Below, one piece after another: positions 50,428-61,648 of a stretch of 64,000 nucleotides of DNA. The notes beneath the pieces were generated by a model. That model was not told where the DNA came from, ran no database searches, and saw only the letters and a list, made by a program, of their open reading frames with translations. Source of the stretch: a virus; the IMG/VR virus record IMGVR_UViG_3300005841_000001, positions 37,658 to 101,657 of that record. One strand, 5' to 3'. How positions within the stretch are numbered: position 1 is the stretch's first letter; each line of letters begins with the position of its first letter. The translations under genes were made by a program, and so were the position numbers.

Positions 50428-51897
50428 ATGCCCGGAGTGTCCGTCACCACCGGCACGATCTCGGGCCCGAGCGCGCCAGCTCGTGCCCCGTCCAGCACAT
50501 ACTTCGCGGCCGGCCTCACCGAGCGGGGGCCCATCACCCCGCCGACCGTGCGCAACGCCATCTACAGCTTCAACCAGTTCGTCGCCACCTACGGCGCCCG
50601 GCCCTCCTTCGGCACCGCGTGGGACGACATCAAGACGTTCTTCGAGGAGGGCGGCACCCGGCTGTACTTCCAGCGGATCGTCGGCCCCGCGGCCGCCGCC
50701 GGAACTCTCGGCTCGGCGCTCGCCGACCGGGCCACCACTCCGGACGACACGCTGACCGTGGCCGCGGCAAGCCCTGGGGCCTGGTCCTCGCGCGTCAGCT
50801 TGAACGTGGTCGACGGTCCGACGGCCGCGACCTACCGGATCCAGGTGATGCTCGACGGGGCGGTGGTCGAGGACTTCACGAACCTCTCCAGCCCGCAGAA
50901 CGGCATCTCGAAGATCAACGCGACATCGCAGTTCATCCGGCTGGCCGACGCCGGCTCGACCACCGCGGCGCCGAACAACAACCCGAAGGCCACCACGACG
51001 CCGGTCACGATCGCCGCCGGCACCGACGACCGGGCCTCGATCAACACCGCGAGCTACATCGCCGCGCTGGACAAGTTCAGCGACGGCCTCGGCGACGGAA
51101 TCGTGGCACTGCCCGGCATCGGCCCCTCCGTGCACACCGCGCTGATCGCTCACGCTGACGCCCACAACCGAGTCGCCGCGCTGGCCGGTGCCCGGGGTGA
51201 CGACAAGGCGACGATGGCCAGTTACGCGGCCTCGATCGACGCCAAGCGGGCCGGCTACTTCGCGCCGTGGGTGCAGATCCAGGACGGGTTCGGCGGTGTG
51301 CGGGCCATCTCGCCCGAGGGCTTCGTGGCTGCCTGCCGAGCTCGAGCGCACGAACGGGTCGGCCCCTGGAAGGCCGCCGCCGGCGAGACCGGCAAGGCCC
51401 GGTTCCTGGTCGGCCCCGATCAGGTGTTCACCCCGGCGGAGGCGAACGACCTCGACGGCTCGAAGGTCAACATCATCCGGATCCTCGCCGGAGCGACCCG
51501 GCTCTACGGGTGGCGATCGCTCGCGGCCGACGTCGACAACTGGGGCATGCTCACCGGCGCGGACGTGATCAACCGGATCGTCGTCGAGGCGGCCGCGCAG
51601 ATGGAGCCGTACGTGTTCGACGTGATCGACTCTTCCGGGCACCTGCTCGCCTCGGTCACCGGCACGTTGACCGGCATCGTGCAGCCCATGGCCTCCGCCG
51701 GCGGGCTGTTCGCCGGCCGCGACCCCGCCGGGGACATCGTGGACCCCGGCTACAAGGTCACCGCCGACGACACGAACAACCCCGTGCAGTCGTTGGCGCT
51801 CAACCAGATTCTCGGTGCGGTCGGCGTGCGTGTCTCGCCGACCGCGGCGATGGTGTTCATCCAGGTGTCCAAGGCCGGCGTCACGGCCTCGCTGTAA
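50428..51897 (+). CDS. Contractile tail sheath protein
   Basis: MPGV, GLTERGP, FFEEGG, YFAPWV, GPWKAAAG, RLYGWRSL, VGVRVSPTA. Confidence 0.92.
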   Translation: MPGVSVTTGTISGPSAPARAPSSTYFAAGLTERGPITPPTVRNAIYSFNQFVATYGARPSFGTAWDDIKTFFEEGGTRLYFQRIVGPAAAAGTLGSALADRATTPDDTLTVAAASPGAWSSRVSLNVVDGPTAATYRIQVMLDGAVVEDFTNLSSPQNGISKINATSQFIRLADAGSTTAAPNNNPKATTTPVTIAAGTDDRASINTASYIAALDKFSDGLGDGIVALPGIGPSVHTALIAHADAHNRVAALAGARGDDKATMASYAASIDAKRAGYFAPWVQIQDGFGGVRAISPEGFVAACRARAHERVGPWKAAAGETGKARFLVGPDQVFTPAEANDLDGSKVNIIRILAGATRLYGWRSLAADVDNWGMLTGADVINRIVVEAAAQMEPYVFDVIDSSGHLLASVTGTLTGIVQPMASAGGLFAGRDPAGDIVDPGYKVTADDTNNPVQSLALNQILGAVGVRVSPTAAMVFIQVSKAGVTASL

Positions 51898-51916
51898 GAA
51901 AGGAGGTGCGCACCAA

Positions 51917-52321
51917 ATGACCGTTTCCGCACAGCGGCAGGCGTTGATCAAGGTCGACGGCATCGACGGGTTCTTCGCGCAGAAGACCGGCGGTGAGGTC
52001 GGATCCGACACGAACAAGGCCTGGAACGGCGGCGAACGCAAGCCGCAGGTCGTGGCCGCGCCACCGGAGACCGGCGACGTCGTGGTCACCCGGCCCTACG
52101 ACGCCGAGCTGCACCAGGACCTGATCGAGCGGCTCGCGAAGATGGTGGGCATGTGGGAGACCACACTGTCGATCACCCCGACGCACACCGACCTGACGGC
52201 GGTGAAGGCGACCCCGACGGTGCACCCGAACGCGCTGCTGACCAACCTCCGTCGGCCGGAGTGGGACGCGTCCTCGGGCGACGTCTCCGACTGGGAGCTG
52301 ACGTTCGCCGTCCCTGAATAG
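51917..52321 (+). CDS. Tail tube protein
   Basis: Directly after sheath; AAGGAGG RBS; FAQKTGG..GDVVVTR..DASS..ELTF. Confidence 0.8.
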   Translation: MTVSAQRQALIKVDGIDGFFAQKTGGEVGSDTNKAWNGGERKPQVVAAPPETGDVVVTRPYDAELHQDLIERLAKMVGMWETTLSITPTHTDLTAVKATPTVHPNALLTNLRRPEWDASSGDVSDWELTFAVPE

Positions 52322-52431
52322 ACCCCTGCCGGGCGCGGCGGAGCGGTCATGGAGCTTCCCTCCCACGGGTGTGCTCCGTGGCCGCCCCGCCGCGCCCGGC
52401 CCGTACAACACCCGTGGGAAGGAACACCCTC

Positions 52432-53058
52432 ATGACCGAATTCGATGGGTCCACCGCCGGCGCAGGCACGCTGCCCGGCTACCCAACCGGGACGCCCCCG
52501 TACGTGTCGACCGGCCCGCAGCACGAGCTCGAGGAGGAACCGGCCGCGCCGGTGTCCTCGTTGGACATGCTCGTCAAGGCCGTCGCCGAGCGGGACGCGG
52601 CACAGGACACCGGCCACGTGCGCATCCCCATTCCGGGGCTGGACGGTGTGCGCATGGTGTGCCGCATCGACTTCCCGTATCCGGAGTGGGAGAAGTGGCA
52701 GACGCTCGCCATTCCGAAGGAGAAGCGGCGCAAGCCCGAACCGATGGACATGCGGCAGAACGTCCTCATGACATTGGCGCTGAACAACACCTGCGAGTAC
52801 CTCGAGTTCAAAACCGGGGAGACATGGGCGCCCATCACCGGGTCGAACGGCGCGCCGATGGAGTACGCCGGCGATGAGATGCTGCGCAAGTTCAACGTGA
52901 TGGACAAGGTGTCGCTCCTGCGGGCGCTGTTCGGTGGCAAGGACGGGCACATCCTGCGGGCCGGCCGGCGAGTCGTCGCGGCGGCCGGCTACAGCGACGA
53001 GGCCGAGGAACGCGAGGCGCTCGCCGAGGACGAGGCCGAGTCGGACCCTTTGGGCTGA
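52432..53058 (+). CDS. Tail assembly chaperone (G)
   Basis: Between tube and TMP; ends D-P-L at slippery C CCT TTG. Confidence 0.75.
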   Translation: MTEFDGSTAGAGTLPGYPTGTPPYVSTGPQHELEEEPAAPVSSLDMLVKAVAERDAAQDTGHVRIPIPGLDGVRMVCRIDFPYPEWEKWQTLAIPKEKRRKPEPMDMRQNVLMTLALNNTCEYLEFKTGETWAPITGSNGAPMEYAGDEMLRKFNVMDKVSLLRALFGGKDGHILRAGRRVVAAAGYSDEAEEREALAEDEAESDPLG

Positions 53059-53309
53059 ACGCGCTCTCCGGCGCTCCACCGCGGTCGACGCGGGCCGAGC
53101 GGTTCGCCGAGCGGATCGAGTGGCTCTCGCACCACCGCACGGTGGTGACGATCGCCCGGGTGGCGAAGATGTTCGGGATGGACCCGGTGGCCGTGCTGCA
53201 AGACGGCGGCGACGAGACCATCCTGCACATCAGGCTCGCGGCCTACGCGGTTGCGGCTCGAGATGAGGAAGAGCAAGCCCGGAAGATGAAGTCGAAAGGG
53301 AAGTCGTGA
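53046..53309 (+). CDS. Tail assembly chaperone -1 frameshift extension (GT)
   Basis: CCCTTTG at 53046-53052; -1 frame open to TGA 53309 with GC3-biased codons. Confidence 0.7.
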   Translation, partial: PFGLNALSGAPPRSTRAERFAERIEWLSHHRTVVTIARVAKMFGMDPVAVLQDGGDETILHIRLAAYAVAARDEEEQARKMKSKGKS

Positions 53310-53476
53310 GCGCTATCGAATGGTGCTTTGCCATCGCGCTGGGCCTGGTGATCGTTTACTGCATCACGCCATGGGACAAGTACGGCGCCTTGCGGATCAC
53401 GCTCGCCGTCCTGGCTGCGGTCGCGCTGCTGATCGGAGTGCTGATCGGCACCGGGGTCATCCCGACGGCGAGGTAA
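53306..53476 (+). CDS. 56-aa two-TM membrane protein (not in ORF track)
   Basis: GTGA overlap; WCFAIALGLVIVYCI and ITLAVLAAVALLIGVLIG. Confidence 0.6.
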   Translation: MSAIEWCFAIALGLVIVYCITPWDKYGALRITLAVLAAVALLIGVLIGTGVIPTAR

Positions 53477-53509
53477 GCTGTCGGCAATGGCTCGCCAGGG
53501 TCCATGATC

Positions 53510-53548
53510 ACAACGAAGCCCCCAGGTCTCCCCTGGGGGCTTCGTTGT
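53510..53548. terminator. Bidirectional terminator inside tail region
   Basis: ACAACGAAGCCCCCAGG-TCTCC-CCTGGGGGCTTCGTTGT perfect 17-bp stem. Confidence 0.75.
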
Positions 53549-53592
53549 ATCACCGATGGAACCTTCCCCGCGTCCCGCAGGACGACAGTACG

Positions 53593-53621
53593 AGCATAGC
53601 CGACGTGAGCCGGCTTGTCTA
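53593..53621 (-). promoter_or_regulatory. Outlier operator-promoter repeat, antisense to tail operon
   Basis: TAGACA-AGCCGGCTCACGTCGGC-TATGCT plus adjacent CTAGCCGAGCTA half-site. Confidence 0.65.
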
Positions 53622-53726
53622 GCCGAGCTATCGACAAGTCGACCCGGCCGCCCGCGCGCCTCCCGGCCGGCCGCACACCAGCCCGCGATGATCGCTGTGA
53701 CCTGCGTACCCATGAGGAGGTGAGCG

Positions 53727-56700
53727 GTGCCCGACGGCAGCGAGGAAGCGCGGATCAAGGCCTCCGTCGACGACGATATGTCGGCGGCTCTGGCCCGGAT
53801 CGAACAGCGCATCCGCAGTGTCGAGGACGCCGTGGACGACCTCGGGCACGCCGGCGAGAAGGCCGGCGCCGAGGGTGGCGCCGGGTTTGACCAGCTCGGC
53901 GACAAGGTCGCCGGCGCCGGCCGGAAAGCGACCAAAGCCAAGAGGCCGATCGGCGAAGCCGGTGACGAGGCCGTCAAATCCGGGCTCAAGGCCGAGGTCG
54001 CCTCGAAGCAGTTCGACGACCTCGGCAAGAAGTTCCGGAAGGTCGGGAAGGAGGGCGGCGGCCTCTCCACGATCTTCAAGGTGTTCAAGCTCGCCGGCAT
54101 CATCACCGGGGCATTCGCCCTCGCCGGCGGCCTGTCGGCCATCGGCGCCGGCGGAGCGATCGCCGTCGGCGGGCTCGCGCCGGTCGTGGGTGTCGTCGCC
54201 GGTGCGCTTCCGATCTTCGCCGCGGCGAAGCTATCGATGCTGCTGTTCAAGCTCGCAGCCGACCAGCTCGAGCCATCGCTGACCCGGATCAAGAACCAGT
54301 TCACCGAGCTGGGCCCGGTCATCGCCCGCGGCGGCCTACAGTCCGGGCTGGACTACTTCGCGAACTCGCTGGAGAAGCTCGCCAAAGTCACCGGGCGCGG
54401 GCTCGCCGGCCTCGGCGGGGAACTCGGCCTGGCCGCCCGCAATGCCGGTGACATCGCGAAGTCCTCGCCGTTCCTGGCTCAGGTGTCGCGGATCTTCGAG
54501 GGCCTGCGCCCCATCCTGCGGTTCGTGCTCGCCGGCCTGCTCTCGATCGCACAGGCGGTGCTCAACGTCACCGAGGCAGCGATACCGGCCGCGCAGGACA
54601 TGGCGAAGATGTTCGCCAACATCGCCGAGGACCTGCGCAAGTGGACCGCCGAGCAACTCGCCAACGGCAAGATGACGCAGTTCATCACGAACGCGTGGAC
54701 GCTGTTCGTGCGGATCATCGGTGTGGTCGTTGACGTCGTGGTCGGGCTCTACAACATCTTCCGCGTCGCGGCCGGCTTCTCCGGCGAGTTCGGCCAGTCC
54801 ATCCATGATCTTGCGTGGGAGTTCCGCCTGTGGACCGCGTCAGCAGAGGGACAAGCGCGGATTACGAAGTACTTCCAGGACTCGCTCCCCGCGCTGCGCG
54901 AGATGGGCAAGCTGATCGGCTTCGTTGTCGGAGGACTCGCCGGCCTGGGGGCCAACCAGAACGTCGCACCGCTGCTGGCACAGATCAACTCCGAGTTGTT
55001 GCCCGCCTTGGCTTTGCTGGTGAACAAGCTCGCCGGCGCGGGTGGCCTCGGCCCGACACTGATCGATGTAGCCACGCAGCTTGCGACCCTCTTCGCCGGA
55101 CTGGACTTCTCCGGGCTCGGCGCGTTCGTGATGGCCATCAACGGGCTCCTGCACGCCCTGGTGTGGCTTCAGCAGAACGTGCCCGGCGCCAACTTCGTGA
55201 TCTCCTCGCTGCTGTTCACCATGCTGGGGTTCAAGCTGATGGGCCCGGTGTTCGACACGATCGGCCGGGGGGCGCAGGCGTTCGGCTGGATGAAGGCTGC
55301 GCTCACCGCGACCGAGGGCCTGTCGGTCGGGCAGAAGATTTTCGGTGGCGCACTGAAGTGGGTGGGCGGGCTACTCTCCAGCCTCGGCAGCGTCGTGATG
55401 AACGTCGTGGTGCCCGCCCTGCGCATGATCGCTATCGCCGGCGTCGGGGCCCTGCGCACGCTCTCAACGGCGCTGTTCACCACCCCCGTCGGCTGGATCA
55501 TCTTGGCGATCATCGCCATCGTCGCGGCCATCTATCTACTGTGGACCAAGTGCGCGTGGTTCCGCGATGCCGTGAAGGCCGTGTGGGAAGCGATCAAGAC
55601 GGCGGCGATGGCGGTATGGAACGCGATCAAGATCGCCATCACAGCCGTGGTCGACGCCGTCGTGGCAGCGTGGAACTGGGCCGGCAACCTCGTGATGACA
55701 GTGTGGAATGCACTGAAAACCGCGTGGCAGGCGACCGTCGATTTCGTCGTCATGGTAGCAATGTGGATCTGGGATCACGGCCTTAAGCAAGTGCTTAGCG
55801 TCATCGCTACCGGCTTCAATATCGCATTCTCGATCGTCAAGTTCATCGTGCAGACGGTGATCTTCTTCATTGCATTGCAGATCAAGCTCATCGCAACGGC
55901 CGCGGAATTTGTCTGGAGCATCATCGTCGCCGTGTTCAAGTGGGGCGTCGGAATTGCCATGACGGTGTTTCAGGCAATGACAGACGCCCTCGCGGCTGCC
56001 TGGAACTGGCTATGGACAACGATCATCAAGCCGGTGATCGACCTTTTCGTGACCGCCTGGAACAACACGGTCACGACGCTGACGCAGGCCTGGAATTTGC
56101 TCACCGGCATCATTGCAGCCGGTTGGAATTGGCTCTGGACGACGATCATCAAGCCGGTCATCGACTTCTTCGTGTGGGCTTGGAATACCGCGGTCACCGG
56201 AATTCAGACCGCGGCTAGTTGGTTGTGGGATGGGATCACCGCGCGCGTCCAGGCATTCTGGAATTGGATTTCTCCATTCTTCACTTGGATCGGAAATGTC
56301 GGCTCGGCCGCGTGGCGGATAATTTCGGACACCGCGTCGACGATCTGGGATGCCGTCAGCGGCGTGTGGAACAAGGTAACCGGCTTCCTTGGCGGCGTGT
56401 TCGACAGACTCAAGAGCGCCGGCACCGGCGTGTGGGACGCGATCAAGAGCGCTGCGAGCGCCGTCGGTGATGCGATCCAAGGCGTCTGGAACGGCATCGT
56501 CAGCACCGTCAAGGGCGTCTGGAACTTCATCGCCCGCGGCTGGAACTCGATACCCGGCGTGACGATCCCCGACTGGGTCCCGATGATCGGCGGCAAAACT
56601 TTCTCACTTCCGAAGCTGCCCATGCTGTGGCGTGGTGGTGACGTCGCCGGCGGTGGGCCGGCGATCGTCGGCGAGCACGGACCCGAACCGCTGGTGGTCA

Positions 56701-57062
56701 ACGGTCGCTACGCCGGCATGGTCGGCCAGGGTGGACCCGAGGTGGCCAACATCCCCAAGGGTGGGTACGTCGTGCCCAACCTGAGTACCCTGTCCGCGCT
56801 GCCCGGCTTGGCCAAGACCATTCCATCCGGCGTCGCCCGTGCGGTGGCGGCCAGTGTGCCCGGCTACGCTGCCCCCTCCGGCGGTGGCGCTTCCACTGCC
56901 GCGCTCGCTCGCGAGGTACGTCACCTTGCCGCCGCCATCGCCGAACGCACCCCGCCCATCGTGGCGAACAGCTCCGACACCGCGGCCGAGGTCCTCGCCG
57001 CACTCAAGCAACGTGACCGCGAGAAGGAACTCAGCGGCAAGTACCACTATGGGAGTAACTGA
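53727..57062 (+). CDS. Tape measure protein
   Basis: 1111 aa, Ala/Gly helical, ~11-residue W/F periodic repeats, [29 protein letters not shown]. Confidence 0.92.
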   Translation: MPDGSEEARIKASVDDDMSAALARIEQRIRSVEDAVDDLGHAGEKAGAEGGAGFDQLGDKVAGAGRKATKAKRPIGEAGDEAVKSGLKAEVASKQFDDLGKKFRKVGKEGGGLSTIFKVFKLAGIITGAFALAGGLSAIGAGGAIAVGGLAPVVGVVAGALPIFAAAKLSMLLFKLAADQLEPSLTRIKNQFTELGPVIARGGLQSGLDYFANSLEKLAKVTGRGLAGLGGELGLAARNAGDIAKSSPFLAQVSRIFEGLRPILRFVLAGLLSIAQAVLNVTEAAIPAAQDMAKMFANIAEDLRKWTAEQLANGKMTQFITNAWTLFVRIIGVVVDVVVGLYNIFRVAAGFSGEFGQSIHDLAWEFRLWTASAEGQARITKYFQDSLPALREMGKLIGFVVGGLAGLGANQNVAPLLAQINSELLPALALLVNKLAGAGGLGPTLIDVATQLATLFAGLDFSGLGAFVMAINGLLHALVWLQQNVPGANFVISSLLFTMLGFKLMGPVFDTIGRGAQAFGWMKAALTATEGLSVGQKIFGGALKWVGGLLSSLGSVVMNVVVPALRMIAIAGVGALRTLSTALFTTPVGWIILAIIAIVAAIYLLWTKCAWFRDAVKAVWEAIKTAAMAVWNAIKIAITAVVDAVVAAWNWAGNLVMTVWNALKTAWQATVDFVVMVAMWIWDHGLKQVLSVIATGFNIAFSIVKFIVQTVIFFIALQIKLIATAAEFVWSIIVAVFKWGVGIAMTVFQAMTDALAAAWNWLWTTIIKPVIDLFVTAWNNTVTTLTQAWNLLTGIIAAGWNWLWTTIIKPVIDFFVWAWNTAVTGIQTAASWLWDGITARVQAFWNWISPFFTWIGNVGSAAWRIISDTASTIWDAVSGVWNKVTGFLGGVFDRLKSAGTGVWDAIKSAASAVGDAIQGVWNGIVSTVKGVWNFIARGWNSIPGVTIPDWVPMIGGKTFSLPKLPMLWRGGDVAGGGPAIVGEHGPEPLVVNGRYAGMVGQGGPEVANIPKGGYVVPNLSTLSALPGLAKTIPSGVARAVAASVPGYAAPSGGGASTAALAREVRHLAAAIAERTPPIVANSSDTAAEVLAALKQRDREKELSGKYHYGSN

Positions 57063-57766
57063 TGGCCAGCTACGGGAGTCTCGGCGTCATCCGGGACCGC
57101 GTGTCCGGCCTGAACTTCGGCGGCCGTGTCGGCGAACGCATGTACCTGGTCACCGAAGACGGCAGGGTCAGCTACTCGTTTCACCTTGCTCCGCGCGAGA
57201 TCGACTACGGCGGGTTCAATCAGGACTGGGTCGAGACCGACCGGTCCGGGAACACGCCGCTGCTGCTGCGCAAGGGCGACAACCTCGACACCATGGCGTT
57301 CACGTTCATGATGGTCGAGACGCGCAACCGCGACTTCGTCGAGATGACCGAGTCGATCCTTGCGCTCAAAGCTGTAGCGAAGTCCAGGCTTCGCGTGCTG
57401 GTGTCGTATTCCCGGCTCGAGGCCGGCCTGTGGCGCATCACCGACGCCTCGGCATCGTCGGTTCTGCGTCATCCCGATCCGGAGAACAACGAGCCGATCC
57501 AGGCCACCGCAACGGTCAAGTTGACCCGCGCTTCCGATCCGGCAGTGGCGATCGGCCCGGTGTCAGGTGGGACACAGCCGGCGCCCTCCGCTCCGAAGCC
57601 GGCGCCCCCGCGCACCTACACCGTCCGCAAGGGCGATTGCCTGTGGAACATTGCGCAGCGGTACTACGGGAAGGGCACTTTGTGGCCGCGGATCTTCGAT
57701 GCGAATCGCTCGAAGATCAAGGATCCACATTGGATTTACCCGGGGCAGGTGTTCGTCATCCCATGA
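57062..57766 (+). CDS. LysM-domain tail tube initiator
   Basis: [45 protein letters not shown]. Confidence 0.88.
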   Translation: MASYGSLGVIRDRVSGLNFGGRVGERMYLVTEDGRVSYSFHLAPREIDYGGFNQDWVETDRSGNTPLLLRKGDNLDTMAFTFMMVETRNRDFVEMTESILALKAVAKSRLRVLVSYSRLEAGLWRITDASASSVLRHPDPENNEPIQATATVKLTRASDPAVAIGPVSGGTQPAPSAPKPAPPRTYTVRKGDCLWNIAQRYYGKGTLWPRIFDANRSKIKDPHWIYPGQVFVIP

Positions 57767-58089
57767 GCGACAACGAAAACCCGACCGAAGACCGCCGAGT
57801 GGACCTCGGTCACGGCGTCTTCTACTCGAAGTGCATGTGGCACGGCTCGTGGGTGGCCATCCACGAGTGGCACAGGTGCGCCTCCCGCGTCGTGCCTGGA
57901 ATCTACGGTGATGGCACGACGGCCGGCTGGATCCCGTTCAACATCGCCGCCGCTGACGAGGTCACGACCGGGATCGGACCGCGCTGGGAGGTCGTTCAGT
58001 TCGAGCCGCTCACCCTGTCGCCGTCGCTGCAATGCCGGCTGTGCCCGCATCACGGGTTCATCCGGGAAGACCGCTGGGTTCCGGCATGA
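57763..58089 (+). CDS. Small Zn-binding hypothetical protein (DUF6527-like)
   Basis: [24 protein letters not shown]. Confidence 0.6.
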   Translation: MSDNENPTEDRRVDLGHGVFYSKCMWHGSWVAIHEWHRCASRVVPGIYGDGTTAGWIPFNIAAADEVTTGIGPRWEVVQFEPLTLSPSLQCRLCPHHGFIREDRWVPA

Positions 58090-59927
58090 CGACACTGTCC
58101 GCCGCGCAGGTTGCTGCCCTCGTCAAACAGGCCGGATTCCCGCAGAACGTGTGGGTGACCATGGTGGCCGTCTGCCGCCAGGAGTCCGGGTTCGTTGTCG
58201 AGGCGAAGAACCCGTCCTCGGCCTCCGGGCTGTTCCAGATTCTCTGGTCCGTGCACAAGCAGTACGACCAACGCAAGCTGCTCTCGGACGCCGCCTACAA
58301 CACCAAGGCTGCGTATGACATCTACAAGTCTCAGGGGCTCAACGCGTGGGTCGCCTACAGCTCCGGGGCGTACAAGAAGTACCTCAACTTGGCCGAGCAG
58401 GGCGTGGCACAAGCCGCAAGCGTCAACGGAAACGCCAGCGTACCCACCGCCGACAGCTCCAGTGGCTCGGGTAGCACGAGTCAGCCGGCGATCACCTACG
58501 GGCCGAACGGCCCGCAGATCACCGCGGCCGGTACAGGCGTGGCCCAACGGTCCGACGAAGACATCTCCGGGCCACTGCGAAATTTCTGGATCAGAGGAAC
58601 GCAGGTACAGGGCGACTTTGCGGATACGATCATCGGCGAGCCGTCGTTCGAGGCCGGAATGGACACCGCGCCGCATGTCGTGTTTACCATCGCCGATCCC
58701 GAGGGAAACCTGCTCTATACCCTCGACCAACAGGGCTGGTTCTGGACTCGCGGTGGCCGCGTCCAGTACGAAGACCTGAACCTACGGATGGATGAGATCA
58801 AGTTCGAGCCTGGCTCGCACATGACCGGACAGCTGACCGTGACCGCTGTCGATGACATCGTGTTCGGCCTGATGAGCCTGCAAGGGCCGCGCGCGGCTTC
58901 GAACATCTCGGCCACCGAATGGATTGCCCAGGAGCTCGCCTTGGCCGGCTTCGATCCAGACAGAGTGTTCCTCGGCGAGTCGGTGCCGAGCCAGTCCACG
59001 ATCGCCCGCGATGAGGAGGACCAGTCCGGCAATAACACCTCGGGCGACGTTCCCTCGGCCTGGACAACCGTTGTGCGCCTGGCAAAAGAGCTGGGTAAGC
59101 GAGTATTCATCTCCGGCGGCCGACTGGTGTTCGGGTCGGCGGCGTTCGCGATGCAGTGGGCAGCGGCCGGCACGATGCGCTTGTCCTACCACGGCTACGA
59201 GGAGGGGGAGCGATTCCTATCCCTGCCGGCCGCCACGCGGGTGTCGGTTGGCTCGAAGAGCGGCGTCTTGCAAATCGTGGGCAAGATTCCGCTTAACCGA
59301 GCCAAGTTCTTCCGCCCCGGGGTCCGGGTATCCATCATCGCCATCCCGAGCGTGGTCGGCTCGAATGAGAAGATGATGATGGTCTCGCATGTGGCGCACT
59401 CGATCGGCACCGACACCGACGGAGCCGAGGTTACCCTGCTCGAGCCGATCGACCCGCCCGCGCAGCCGCCGACGTCGCCGACATCCGGCGGAGCGAACAA
59501 CTCGTCGACCGCGGCCGGCAGCATTTCGGGCAGCGGTGGCGATGGTCAGATCGACCGCTTCGTCTCCCTCGCCCTCCAGCAGGCCGGCAAGACCTACCGG
59601 TTCGGCGCTGAAGCCTCACCGAGCGATCCGAACCCCAGGGCGTTCGACTGCTCCGAGTTGGTCGAGTGGTGCGCCGCGCGCGTCGGCATCTCGCCCAAGG
59701 TGCCCGACGGCTCGGCCGCGCAGAAAGCCCATTGCAAACCGATCAGTGTGCAGCAAGCCATCAACACGAAGGGGGCCCTGCTGTTCCTGCCCGGACACGT
59801 GGCGATCAGCCTGGGCAACGGAAAGACCATCGAAGCGATGAACCCGACCAACGGTGTACGACAGGGGAACGCGGCCGGTCGCTTCAGCTCGGCGGGCCTC
59901 ATCCCCGGAGCGCAGGGGTACCGCTGA
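58086..59927 (+). CDS. Baseplate hub with N-terminal lytic transglycosylase and C-terminal NlpC/P60 domain
   Basis: RQESG..NP..ASGLFQI..AW; YRFGAE..FDCSELV..GHVAISLG..TIEA. Confidence 0.85.
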   Translation: MTTLSAAQVAALVKQAGFPQNVWVTMVAVCRQESGFVVEAKNPSSASGLFQILWSVHKQYDQRKLLSDAAYNTKAAYDIYKSQGLNAWVAYSSGAYKKYLNLAEQGVAQAASVNGNASVPTADSSSGSGSTSQPAITYGPNGPQITAAGTGVAQRSDEDISGPLRNFWIRGTQVQGDFADTIIGEPSFEAGMDTAPHVVFTIADPEGNLLYTLDQQGWFWTRGGRVQYEDLNLRMDEIKFEPGSHMTGQLTVTAVDDIVFGLMSLQGPRAASNISATEWIAQELALAGFDPDRVFLGESVPSQSTIARDEEDQSGNNTSGDVPSAWTTVVRLAKELGKRVFISGGRLVFGSAAFAMQWAAAGTMRLSYHGYEEGERFLSLPAATRVSVGSKSGVLQIVGKIPLNRAKFFRPGVRVSIIAIPSVVGSNEKMMMVSHVAHSIGTDTDGAEVTLLEPIDPPAQPPTSPTSGGANNSSTAAGSISGSGGDGQIDRFVSLALQQAGKTYRFGAEASPSDPNPRAFDCSELVEWCAARVGISPKVPDGSAAQKAHCKPISVQQAINTKGALLFLPGHVAISLGNGKTIEAMNPTNGVRQGNAAGRFSSAGLIPGAQGYR

Positions 59928-61273
59928 TGCCCGACTACGGCTATCTACACCTGGGGAAGGTGGTCAGTCAGGACCCCATCACCGGGGCCTACTACCTCGA
60001 GTCGGTGAGCTTGGCCCGTACCCAGAAGTGGGGACCCACGGCATCGTGCGTACCGAACCTGGTCAAGGGGGATCGGGTGATCCTTGGGGCGACTGGCACC
60101 AGCCGGGATACCTTGACGATCATCGGGAAGGTGGGAGCCGGGCCGGTCACCATCGACCAGGTTCCGGGACTTCTCGCTGCGCTGCATGACAAAGCCAGCG
60201 CGGCCGCGGTCGAGGACCTGGCCGCGCAAGTCGTGGCTCTCGGTTCCGCTGATGACACGTTGACCGGTCGGCTCGATGCCGTCGAGGACCGAGCAACCGC
60301 GCTGGAGGGTCGTGTCTCCGTGCTGGAAGACGTGGCCGTATCCGGCGGTGCTTGGTACATCGGCCCGGACGACTACGAGTGCCCGGGCACCGCCTTGCAG
60401 GAGTGCGACCGGATGCCCTTCCCCAACCAGCTGTGGAAGGTCGGGAACGACCTCACGCTGGGGTCGGACAGCAAGCACTGGATCTTCAACCGTACCGGGA
60501 TCTGGCGGCCCAGCTTCCAGCCGCGCTGGACTATCCCGACCCCGGCCGGGGTTGCCGGCGAGGGCACTGATCGGTCGTTCCACATCGGAGTGACCAGCCG
60601 GGAGTTCGGGCCGAGTAACTGCGCCTTCGAGACCGGAGTGGCCAACTGGACCCTTTCGCCTGCCGAGGGCGCGATCGCCCCGTCGGCAACGCAGAAACAC
60701 AGCGGTGCGCAGTCGATGCGGGTCACCCCGACCGGAACTTCGGCCACCGTGGGACCGGTCTCGGACAAGATCGCGGTGGTACCCGGCGAGAAGGTCACCG
60801 CCACCACTTGGGTATGGGTCACCGCCGCTGTGACGGGGGACTACTCCTCGGCGGTGAATTGGTACAACGCAAGTGGCACCTACCTGAGCACCAGTTCCAC
60901 TGCGGTGTCGGTGCCGGCGACCACGTGGACGCCAGTGCTTCAGACCTACGTCGCGCCCGCCGGCGCGGCCTTCGCTGCCCTCGTGCCGCTGCTCAGCGGA
61001 ACGCCGGCGGCCTCCCAGGTCTTCTACGTCGACGACGTCTCGATCGGCCCGAGCATCCTCGACAGCGCGATGTTCCTGTTCGAGGAGTCCTGGAACGAGG
61101 CCAATGCCGGCAACCAGCACAACCAGACGAAGAAGCTCGGCTCCGATCTGCTGCTCGCCGCGGGGGACAGGATGTGCCTTTACCCGTACTGGGGCGGAGC
61201 GGGCACCGACCGGCTCGTGTTCCCGGCCAGCTCGAACCGCATGTCGATAACCTACGTCGGCCCACTCCCCTGA
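59927..61273 (+). CDS. Putative baseplate spike protein with coiled coil and CBM4/9-like domain
   Basis: N-terminal GKV..KGDRVIL OB-like part, heptad region, N..FETG..W..HSGAQS..FYVDDV. Confidence 0.65.
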   Translation: MPDYGYLHLGKVVSQDPITGAYYLESVSLARTQKWGPTASCVPNLVKGDRVILGATGTSRDTLTIIGKVGAGPVTIDQVPGLLAALHDKASAAAVEDLAAQVVALGSADDTLTGRLDAVEDRATALEGRVSVLEDVAVSGGAWYIGPDDYECPGTALQECDRMPFPNQLWKVGNDLTLGSDSKHWIFNRTGIWRPSFQPRWTIPTPAGVAGEGTDRSFHIGVTSREFGPSNCAFETGVANWTLSPAEGAIAPSATQKHSGAQSMRVTPTGTSATVGPVSDKIAVVPGEKVTATTWVWVTAAVTGDYSSAVNWYNASGTYLSTSSTAVSVPATTWTPVLQTYVAPAGAAFAALVPLLSGTPAASQVFYVDDVSIGPSILDSAMFLFEESWNEANAGNQHNQTKKLGSDLLLAAGDRMCLYPYWGGAGTDRLVFPASSNRMSITYVGPLP

Positions 61274-61321
61274 TCCGCGCGCCTGCCCAGGTGAGAGGCC
61301 CTGTCATGACACCATGCCCCC

Positions 61322-61648
61322 ATGCCCCGACTGATCAGCTTCCCGTTCGCGATCGACGCCACCGGCGCGGTCGCCACGGTCGAGCAGAACAGCGACGCCG
61401 AGGTGGAACAGCAGCTCGCCGTCGCCATGCTGACCCGCCCGGGCGAGCGCATCGTGGTGCCGAGCTTCGGGGTGGCCGACCCCGCTTTCGACGGCTTCCT
61501 GGTCGGCGCGCTCCAGCGACACTGCCTCGACTTCGGGCCGGCTGTTTCGGTGCGCTCGGTCAGCACGGAGGTGCTCGACGACGTCCGACAACGCGACATC
61601 ATCCAATGGTCTCGAAACGATGACACGGTGGGGGCGAACGGCCAGTGA
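61322..61648 (+). CDS. gp25/GPW-like baseplate wedge protein
   Basis: ISFPF..LTRPGERIVVPSFG. Confidence 0.85.
   Translation: MPRLISFPFAIDATGAVATVEQNSDAEVEQQLAVAMLTRPGERIVVPSFGVADPAFDGFLVGALQRHCLDFGPAVSVRSVSTEVLDDVRQRDIIQWSRNDDTVGANGQ

Noticed and set aside
55500-56560. Trp-periodic repeats and lower GC in the tape measure gene
   Set aside because: Normal tape-measure 11-residue periodicity.
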